From the NCBI GenBank assembly GCA_964035545.1, contig OZ037767.1:18878259-18942258 (forward strand): a DNA stretch of 64,000 bases, read 5' to 3'. This stretch comes from Bugula neritina. Lineage: Eukaryota; Animalia; Bryozoa. Below the pieces are notes generated by a model. That model was not told where the DNA came from. It searched no databases and saw nothing but the letters and a program-made list of their open reading frames with translations. Made by a program: the position numbers and the translations under genes. Shown piece after piece: positions 63,396 to 64,000 of the stretch (the first letter of the stretch is position 1; the number at the start of each line of letters is the position of its first letter).

Positions 63396-64000
63396 GAATG
63401 TAGGGCTTCATTCATTTATTCTAGAAACTTCCTTTGGTTTGAAGTCGAAATACCTGTCAGAGATTATATGTAAGCCTATAGGGTTTTCCTGGGTTGGCTA
63501 AGAACTGTGCCCCCCTCCATTTTGGTGTGGAGGGTTTAATGTGGTACAAGAGAAATTGTGATCAGATGTGTTTTCTGGTTTCAGCAATGACCTTGCTAGA
63601 ATTTACCTTGCACAGGTGTATCATGCCAAATCAGTACCTCAACTAACAAAGCCTTGTTATGTTTATAAACTAAATTTTAATATTTACTCTCCAATAGCTG
63701 GGTATTAAATTGTCTCAAGCAATTAATACAATAGCTTAATTTTCGAAATAAGAATTCAATACTTTAGCATTTAAAATATTTCTACCTACATTTAAAACTA
63801 CCTATATTGACATTTTTATCAATTACTACCATGGAAATGCTTTTTATTGCAGCTGGTAATTAGTTATATTACTATTATAACTTGTTTAAAATAGTGTTAC
63901 CTTGAGAGTCTATGTGATGTATAACTGTGTTGTTTATTTGGTGATTAGCAACACAATGGTTTAATAATATCAATCAGTTACTACTAACTGCAAATCATTT

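Overview
AT-rich, intron-rich eukaryotic DNA, probably from an invertebrate metazoan. Four spliced host genes were reconstructed by hand with GT-AG junctions and consistent phases: a ZnT2/ZnT8-type (SLC30A) zinc transporter (+, 8768-25179, about 408 aa), an Ariadne-1-type RBR E3 ligase (+, 26864-31193, about 600 aa), a Sulfotransfer_2/CHST-type Golgi sulfotransferase (-, 46148-32554, about 399 aa) and a mitochondrial release factor mtRF1a/MTRF1L (-, 54177-49595, about 405 aa). Intron 5 of the sulfotransferase holds a young, full-length but inactivated Ty3/Gypsy LTR retrotransposon (33726-41234) with a tRNA-Leu PBS and a -1 frameshift signal. Its most unusual feature is a third gene, itself apparently spliced, between integrase and the 3' LTR. 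It encodes a C2H2 zinc-finger, Arg/Ser-Pro-rich, coiled-coil protein rather than an env, and is a candidate Rev/Tat-like accessory system. Other notable elements: a minimal hammerhead ribozyme, tandem arrays of duplicated 5' splice sites in two MTRF1L introns, stacked long palindromes, non-autonomous DNA transposons, tRNA-derived SINEs and a decayed P2X7-ballast/KolX-like gene.
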